32,000 nt of DNA from Dickeya solani IPO 2222. Its GTDB lineage: Bacteria; Pseudomonadota; Gammaproteobacteria; Enterobacterales; Enterobacteriaceae. The notes under the pieces were generated by a model. That model made no database searches. It saw only the letters and a program-made list of their open reading frames with translations, and was not told the origin of the DNA. Each line of letters opens with the position of its first letter. The first letter of the stretch is position 1. The stretch covers positions 2,970,001-3,002,000 of the forward strand of contig NZ_CP015137.1 of the NCBI RefSeq assembly GCF_001644705.1, written 5' to 3'. Positions 20,139-25,451 of this stretch are shown here, one piece after another. The translations under genes were made by a program, and so were the position numbers.

Positions 20139-20810
20139 TTAACGATCGTCGACAATAAAATCCATCGCGATGTGAAAATAGCCATTCATCATTTCAGGAA
20201 CTAATTCAGCCACCGCGCTATCAACGTCCTGACCATAAACCTGTATAGCCCGATCGGTTAATGTCTGTGTGTATACACCGTTTTTAACCTCCGTATGTAA
20301 ATCCCTTCGTGTTTGCAAAAAATCATTCGAGAAGTTAAATCTGGATATAGAGAATTTATCATTTTTTATGATGATAAAATCGATAGGGTTCATGAGGCGG
20401 TCTTTTTTTAGCGTAATTTTGGGGACGTGGGTAGAAAACGCTACGTGATTGTTCTCCGTTACCTCGGCCCATGTTGCATTACACGTATTATTGACTGAGG
20501 GCGTTTTTCCTTGCGCTTTGAATGCATCAGAAAGGCATAGTCCTACTTTTGCGCCGGTCAGCGGCTGCATAGTGTCTTTTTCAAAAAATCGCAAAACGAA
20601 TTTTACAGGGATACGGCCTTTCGAATCTGAAAAACTACACTGACCTCTTTTAAACAGAAATTTATCCAACCTGCCGATAATTTTTTGTTCGTCATTGATG
20701 AGTGCCGTATTTATTATGATCGGTTTTTTCGTCAGGGCGCTGTAAGTTCGGTGTGTGATGCCGTAAAGCCCTAACGCTACCCCGGATATGATGAACATTC
20801 TCCTGTTCAT
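20139..20810 (-). CDS. hypothetical exported protein with a Tat-type (twin-arginine) signal peptide (223 aa)
   Basis: The N-terminus [25 protein letters not shown] has an RR-x-F-I motif, a Gly-rich h-region and a basic c-region. The ATG overlaps the ferredoxin stop (ATGA at 20807-20810), with GAGGAGGA upstream. AT-rich codon usage. No recognisable catalytic motif. Confidence 0.75.
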   Translation of the reverse strand: MNRRMFIISGVALGLYGITHRTYSALTKKPIIINTALINDEQKIIGRLDKFLFKRGQCSFSDSKGRIPVKFVLRFFEKDTMQPLTGAKVGLCLSDAFKAQGKTPSVNNTCNATWAEVTENNHVAFSTHVPKITLKKDRLMNPIDFIIIKNDKFSISRFNFSNDFLQTRRDLHTEVKNGVYTQTLTDRAIQVYGQDVDSAVAELVPEMMNGYFHIAMDFIVDDR

Positions 20811-21100
20811 GAGGTCAAATCCTCCTCGGCATGAGACATGATAAACATATCGGATTGTGGATAGGTGACACAGGGGAGTAGATATTTTCCCTGTTGATCT
20901 TCATCGAGGAAGGATTGATCAGAGTCATCATATTTTCCAGTTAACGCTCTGCAGGCACATGAAGAACATGCACCGGCCCGGCAACTGTAGGGTAGTTCTA
21001 AGCCTTCTTCCTCGGCGGCATCTAGTATATATTGATCATCGCTGCATTTTATGGTCTTTGTTTTTCCACAGCTCATGATGTTTATATGATAAATTGGCAT
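20807..21100 (-). CDS. plant-type (chloroplast/cyanobacterial-type) [2Fe-2S] ferredoxin (97 aa)
   Basis: [26 protein letters not shown]...DQSFLDEDQ...LLPCVTYP...HAEEDLT. The ligand pattern C40-x4-C45-x2-C48...C77 is complete. AAGGAGG lies 10 nt upstream, and the ATG overlaps the upstream stop (TAATG). Confidence 0.9.
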   Translation of the reverse strand: MPIYHINIMSCGKTKTIKCSDDQYILDAAEEEGLELPYSCRAGACSSCACRALTGKYDDSDQSFLDEDQQGKYLLPCVTYPQSDMFIMSHAEEDLTS

Positions 21101-21351
21101 TATGCGTTCTCCTCCTTTTGAACGTAAACGGTAAATCCTTTGGGTTTTAAATCAGGATGATCAATGGAGATTTCATTTAAAACGTTCATGCACAGGGTAT
21201 AAAGTAGCTCGCCTGCGACACGTTTGCATTGGTTATATTCCTCTTCCGGCAGCTGATTTCCCAGATCGGTCAGTTCTTTTTCAATTAACGTGATGAGTGC
21301 CGATGACTTATTAATGACTTTCCTGGCGACGTCTTTGTCTGAAATGAACAT
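21100..21351 (-). CDS. hypothetical small cytoplasmic protein (83 aa), first gene of the translationally coupled triad
   Basis: Start set at MFISDKD (21351), with GGAG 8 nt upstream. The ORF-track start at 21450 would overlap the upstream gene by 68 nt and has no RBS. No signal peptide and no recognisable domain. Confidence 0.65.
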   Translation of the reverse strand: MFISDKDVARKVINKSSALITLIEKELTDLGNQLPEEEYNQCKRVAGELLYTLCMNVLNEISIDHPDLKPKGFTVYVQKEENA

Positions 21352-21382
21352 GGTTATTACTCCATAATTTTTTAAGTAGGAA

Positions 21383-21742
21383 TTAAAAATCACACATGGG
21401 GACCATTCCCATACACTCAGCCATACAGCTGTGAAAGGAGCCGCCATCAAACGAGCCAGTTGGTAATGTATATAAGCATTCTTGTATGCATCGGTCTTTC
21501 TTATCTCCCATGCTTGAATTCAGCATGTCGCTGGTTGAATTTGGGATTATGTTATTTTTTTTAATAACGCATACTGCGCTTACTTTGTAAAAATTGGCTG
21601 ATTTTTTTATTTTCTCACGCTCATTTTGGTGTGTCAATTTTGCATTGATATCTCCATCGGCGACACTTGTATTTTGATAAAACAAGCTCATGGTTAATAG
21701 AGTGGAAGTAAATAATACTCTTTTTACAGATAGATTGATCAT
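21383..21742 (-). CDS. hypothetical secreted cysteine-rich mini-protein with a twin CX3C motif (119 aa precursor)
   Basis: Sec-type signal (KR, then VLFTSTLLTMSLF, then SVA/D). The mature ~91 aa carry 6 Cys, including C85-x3-C89, then 16 residues, then C106-x3-C110. AAGGA lies 7 nt upstream. Confidence 0.65.
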   Translation of the reverse strand: MINLSVKRVLFTSTLLTMSLFYQNTSVADGDINAKLTHQNEREKIKKSANFYKVSAVCVIKKNNIIPNSTSDMLNSSMGDKKDRCIQECLYTLPTGSFDGGSFHSCMAECMGMVPMCDF

Positions 21743-21928
21743 CTGTTATTCCTTTAAAGATGTCCTCAGAAGTATGGTTTTTGGGGGTGTTAAATTAAAT
21801 CTATTTTTGTGTGATGTTATTTTTTATTCTGGAAATTAATTGTCGATATTCCTCCATTTTTATGGATATAATGAAAGTGAATGGTTTATGGGCAACTGAA
21901 TGCACCAAATGACTTTAATGCTTTTCTG

Positions 21929-22678
21929 TTATTTCTTCATTAACTCCTGTAACATTTTTTCAGGATTATTCAGGAACGAACGCGTGATTTGGTAATGATC
22001 GGTGTCTTTATAATTTACCTGGGATATGTTATCGCCATCAAATTGATAAATTAACGCATCCGGGTAACCCAAAAGAATCGGGGAATGGGTGGCGATAATA
22101 AACTGCGAATCATCCAGAATAAGATCATGCATTCTGGCGAGCATCGCCAACTGTCTGGCCGGCGACAGCGCGGCTTCCGGTTCGTCGAGCAGATAGAGCC
22201 CTTTACCACTAAAACGGTTCATCATTAATGAGAGAAAAGACTCGCCGTGCGACTGCTCATGTAATGAGTGACCGCCATACGAATTAATCACCGGCGGTCC
22301 GAAGGACGGTTCGGCATCAAGGTGTTCGATTTCGGAGGCCAGGTTAAAAAAGCTCTCGGCACGAAAAAAAAATCCATTACGGGGACGTGGTACGCCTTTG
22401 GCGATTCTCAGGTAATTGGATAGCTCTGAATGCGACGCCCGCGTACTGAAAGTAAAGTTCCGGGTGCCGCCTTCGGGGTTAAATCCCATCGAGACGGCAA
22501 TCGCTTCCAGCAGCGTTGACTTTCCGGTGCCGTTTTCGCCAATAAAGAATGTGACGTTGGGGTGGGGAACAATAAAATCAAACGAACGAATTGCCGGAAT
22601 GGAAAAAGGGTAATGATCGAATGACGCTACTTTATCGCGGTTGAGAGAGATACGGCTGATGTATTGGTTTGAAATCAT
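21929..22678 (-). CDS. stand-alone ABC/SMC-fold AAA ATPase (COG3910-like predicted ATPase, 249 aa)
   Basis: Walker A GENGTGKST, signature-like SHGESF, Walker B LYLLDEPEAALSP and H-loop IIATHSP. No transmembrane or nuclease domain. Confidence 0.85.
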   Translation of the reverse strand: MISNQYISRISLNRDKVASFDHYPFSIPAIRSFDFIVPHPNVTFFIGENGTGKSTLLEAIAVSMGFNPEGGTRNFTFSTRASHSELSNYLRIAKGVPRPRNGFFFRAESFFNLASEIEHLDAEPSFGPPVINSYGGHSLHEQSHGESFLSLMMNRFSGKGLYLLDEPEAALSPARQLAMLARMHDLILDDSQFIIATHSPILLGYPDALIYQFDGDNISQVNYKDTDHYQITRSFLNNPEKMLQELMKK

Positions 22679-22861
22679 TCTGCGTCATTTCCTGCCATGG
22701 ACAGCCCAAAAACACTCACTACCACACCGGGCTAATCATTCCAATAATTTTATTCCCGGCCACGTTATTCCCGATCTCGTGGTTGCCAGTCGCTTACTGA
22801 TGCAATATCCCAGAGATTCACCCGGTTGCGTGAAATTTAGCGAAAATCAGTAACCCTACTG

Positions 22862-22890
22862 ATAGTAATGGTTATCATTATCAAGATCAA
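22862..22890 (-). promoter_or_regulatory. candidate Fur box (22864-22882) overlapping a sigma70-like promoter (TTGATC-17 nt-TACTAT)
   Basis: The minus strand GATAATGATAACCATTACT matches GATAATGATAATCATTATC at 16/19 positions and spans the spacer and -10 of a promoter pointing at the ATPase gene. Confidence 0.5.
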
Positions 22891-23164
22891 CGGCGTTTTT
22901 AGCTGCTGCGACCGCCACGCGGTTCAGCGCCTGATTGAACATCGGTGGTGTCGGCGCTCTTGCTTTTCTGCAATAGAGACAGTGATTGAAATATTTATTT
23001 CATTTTTATTCACCGCGAGGGACGGCGGGACGGTGGTGTCCGCATGCCCTCTGGTCGTTTTATCTGTACGTCAGCTGCAAGACACGACGTCACTCTTCTT
23101 TACTGATTCTATGCCTTGATTACGTTTTTTTTCGTCCTGCAACGCACTGGCAACCCGGCCGCGG

Positions 23165-23186
23165 TTTCGTGATTGTGCTAACACTA
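23165..23186. promoter_or_regulatory. candidate CRP site (CGTGA-N6-TAACA) upstream of iolG
   Basis: 8/10 match to the TGTGA-N6-TCACA core, about 170 bp upstream of the iolG ATG. Confidence 0.25.
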
Positions 23187-23348
23187 TTTTGCTCATATGT
23201 CACCAAAATGTTATCTGGCGCGCAAAAACATAATTTCCAGTTTTACTGAAATTGAAATAAACGTTTTATTGTCTTTACTCTAACAAGCAGAACAGACCCT
23301 GACCCCTACAACTAACCAGTGATACCCCGTGGTATCGAGGGAGTAGCC

Positions 23349-24335
23349 ATGTTTAACATTGCTTTACTGGGCGCTGGCCGCATCGGCCAGGTTCATGCCG
23401 TCAACATCGCCGAACATCGGGAAACCTGTCTTTATTCGGTGGTGGACCCTAACCCCGTCAACGCCCGAGCGCTGTCCGATAAATATCAGGCCCGTCTGCA
23501 AACCCTCGATGAGGCGATGGCCGATCCGGCGGTACACGCGGTACTGATCGCCTCAGCCACCGATACCCACGCCGACCTGATTGAACTGGCTGCCCGCCAC
23601 GGCAAAGCCATCTTCTGCGAAAAACCGGTACACCTGGATATCGCCCGGGTGCGTGACTGCCTGAAGGTGGTGGAACAGCAACAGGTGCCGTTGTTCGTCG
23701 GCTTTAACCGCCGCTACGACCCGCAGTTTCGCCGGGTGAAAACGCTGGCGGGCGAAGGATGCATCGGCAAGCCCGAGTCGCTGATGATTATCTCCCGCGA
23801 CCCGTCGCCGCCGCCGGCGGAGTACGTGCGCGTGTCCGGCGGCATGTTCCGCGACATGACCATCCACGATTTCGACATGGTGCGTTTCATCATGGGCGAA
23901 GAGCCGGTGTCGGTATTCGCGCAGGGCAGTAATCTGGTGGACCCGGCCATCGGCGCGGCTGGCGATATCGATACCGCTTTTGTGGTGTTCAAATTCGCGT
24001 CCGGCGCGATGGCCACCATCGTTAACAGTCGCCGCTCCGGCTACGGCTACGACCAGCGGCTGGAATTACACGGCGAGCGTGGCGTGCTGAGCGTGGGCAA
24101 CATCCGTGAAAATCAGGTGGAACACTGGGGCGACGCGGGGTGCCTCGCGGCCAAACCGGAACACTTTTTCCTACAGCGTTACCGCGATGCCTACGCGGCG
24201 GAATGGCGTCATTTCGTCGAGGTGCTGCACGGGCGTACCCAGCCCGAGTGCAGCGGCGTGGACGGCGAGCGGGCGCTGTATCTGGCCGACAAAGCGCTGG
24301 AGTCGCTGGCGACGGGGCGTGCGGTTTCGCTCTGA
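23349..24335 (+). CDS. iolG: myo-inositol 2-dehydrogenase (IolG/IdhA type, 328 aa)
   Basis: Rossmann motif LLGAGRIGQVHA. Blocks ATDTHADLIE..A..GKAIFCEKP, GFNRRYDP, SRDPSPPP, GGMFRDMTIHDFDM.RF..GEEPVSV and SRR..YGYDQR match rhizobial IdhA from memory. GAGGGAG RBS. The ORF-track start at 23319 was trimmed. Confidence 0.88.
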   Translation: MFNIALLGAGRIGQVHAVNIAEHRETCLYSVVDPNPVNARALSDKYQARLQTLDEAMADPAVHAVLIASATDTHADLIELAARHGKAIFCEKPVHLDIARVRDCLKVVEQQQVPLFVGFNRRYDPQFRRVKTLAGEGCIGKPESLMIISRDPSPPPAEYVRVSGGMFRDMTIHDFDMVRFIMGEEPVSVFAQGSNLVDPAIGAAGDIDTAFVVFKFASGAMATIVNSRRSGYGYDQRLELHGERGVLSVGNIRENQVEHWGDAGCLAAKPEHFFLQRYRDAYAAEWRHFVEVLHGRTQPECSGVDGERALYLADKALESLATGRAVSL

Positions 24336-24378
24336 CATAACCGGGGGCCGGTATTGCCGCGGCCCCTGACATAACGAT

Positions 24379-24423
24379 ATGACCTAAATAACAGCATGAC
24401 CTAAATAACAGCATGACCTGACC
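24379..24423. repeat. 17-bp tandem repeat x2 plus a partial third copy (atgacctaaataacagc)
   Basis: Perfect copies at 24379-24395 and 24396-24412, then atgacctgacc. Located in the iolG / binding-protein intergenic region. Confidence 0.9.
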
Positions 24424-24456
24424 TTTACCTACACCTACTGATGCAGAGACAACACC

Positions 24457-25395
24457 ATGAAAAAGATAACCATCATGGCCGCCGCGATGGCCTTCACGAT
24501 GTCCTCCGGTCTGGCGCAGGCCCAGAACGAACAGATTGTGTTCAGTACGCCTAATCTGGCGATGCCATTCGAAGTCCACATGCAGCGTACCGCGGTCAAG
24601 GCCGCCAAAGAACTGGGCGTTAGCCTGCAGGTGCTGGACAGCCAGGGCAGTTCCCCGAAACAGGTGGCGGATCTGGAAAACGCCATTACGCGCGGCGCGC
24701 AGGGCTTTGTGGTGTCGCCCAACGATGTAAACGCGGTGTCGGGCGCGGTAACGGAAATTCAGGACGCCAAACTGCCGGTGGTCACGCTGGATCGCTCGGT
24801 GAAGACCGACAAGAAAGTGCCGCACTTCGGCGCCAACAACTACAAGGGCGGTCAGGCGATTGCCGATTTCGTCAAAGCACGCTTTCCGAACGGCGCCGAC
24901 ATCGTGCTGCTGACCGGACAGCCGGGGTCGTCATCCAACATTGAACGCACGCAGGGGATCCGCGACAGCCTGAAAGCCGGCGGCAGCAAGTACCGTCTGG
25001 TGGTGGATCAGACCGGCAACTGGATGCGCTCCGAAGGGATGCGCATTGTGGAAAGCGTATTGCCGTCGCTGCCCAAACGTCCGCAGGTGATTCTGTCCGC
25101 CAACGACGACATGGCGCTGGGGGCGATCGAAGCGCTGCAAAGTCAGGGGCTGAAGCCGGGCGAGGTGATGGTGACCGGGTTTGACGCGGTGCCGGAAGCG
25201 CTGGCTCGGGTGCGTGACGGCTGGCTGTCGGTGACCGCCGATCAGCGCCCCGGCTACGCGGTGACGCAGGCGATGACCCAACTGACCAACAATATTCGCA
25301 CCAAGTCGCCGATCACCGGCGCGGATTACCCGCCGACCATGATCACCAAGGACAACCTCAACGACGCGGAACGTATCGGCGAAGCGGGCAAATAA
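24457..25395 (+). CDS. periplasmic sugar-binding protein of an ABC transporter (RbsB/IbpA-like, probable inositol binding; 312 aa)
   Basis: Signal peptide MKKITIMAAAMAFTMSSGLAQA. Type-I periplasmic-binding-protein pattern (VVTLDR, NDDMALGA). iol context. Confidence 0.88.
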   Translation: MKKITIMAAAMAFTMSSGLAQAQNEQIVFSTPNLAMPFEVHMQRTAVKAAKELGVSLQVLDSQGSSPKQVADLENAITRGAQGFVVSPNDVNAVSGAVTEIQDAKLPVVTLDRSVKTDKKVPHFGANNYKGGQAIADFVKARFPNGADIVLLTGQPGSSSNIERTQGIRDSLKAGGSKYRLVVDQTGNWMRSEGMRIVESVLPSLPKRPQVILSANDDMALGAIEALQSQGLKPGEVMVTGFDAVPEALARVRDGWLSVTADQRPGYAVTQAMTQLTNNIRTKSPITGADYPPTMITKDNLNDAERIGEAGK

Positions 25396-25413
25396 GCGGA
25401 CACACCACTCACT

Positions 25414-25433
25414 CACCGGCCGGGCGGCCGGTG
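25414..25433 (+). other. intercistronic GC-rich hairpin (caccggcc-gggc-ggccggtg) between the binding-protein and ATPase genes
   Basis: Perfect 8-bp stem with a 4-nt loop and no T-run. This is the typical position for an mRNA-stabilising hairpin that raises the binding protein to transporter ratio. Confidence 0.6.
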
Positions 25434-25451
25434 ATGACGGAGGGCTATCCC

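Noticed and set aside
19732-20142. 136-aa plus-strand ORF spanning the sbmC start and the islet border
   Set aside because: The first half is antisense to sbmC. The second half has no RBS and reads through an intrinsic-terminator hairpin. No domain resemblance was seen.
20139-20810. The idea that the 223-aa protein is a colicin-M-like or pectocin toxin domain split off from the ferredoxin
   Set aside because: There is no DxYDx5HR colicin-M motif. The protein has its own N-terminal signal peptide, which a fused toxin domain would not carry. No frameshift scar is visible at the ATGA junction.
21352-21450. 33-codon N-terminal extension of the 116-aa ORF in the islet
   Set aside because: It would overlap the upstream CX3C gene by 68 nt and has no RBS. 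The internal ATG at 21351 has GGAG 8 nt upstream.
21743-21928. Second Fur box in front of the CX3C-ferredoxin operon
   Set aside because: Only a half-site-like TTTCATTATA is present, with no convincing 19-bp match, so it was not called.
22856-22942. 28-codon minus-strand ORF (MFNQALNRVAVAAAKNAVDLDNDNHYYQ)
   Set aside because: It has no RBS. Its 3' end coincides with the Fur-box/promoter sequence, which better explains the GATAATGATAA string. It is kept only as a possible gene-remnant hint.
20116-23318. Classification of the islet as a mobile element, prophage or integrative island
   Set aside because: I could find no integrase, transposase or recombinase, no tRNA or attachment-type direct repeats, and no terminal inverted repeats. 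Only the compositional anomaly supports horizontal origin.
24379-24423. Possible CRISPR-like array from the 17-bp repeats
   Set aside because: The repeats are directly adjacent with no spacers, there are only about 2.6 copies, they are too short, and no cas genes are present.
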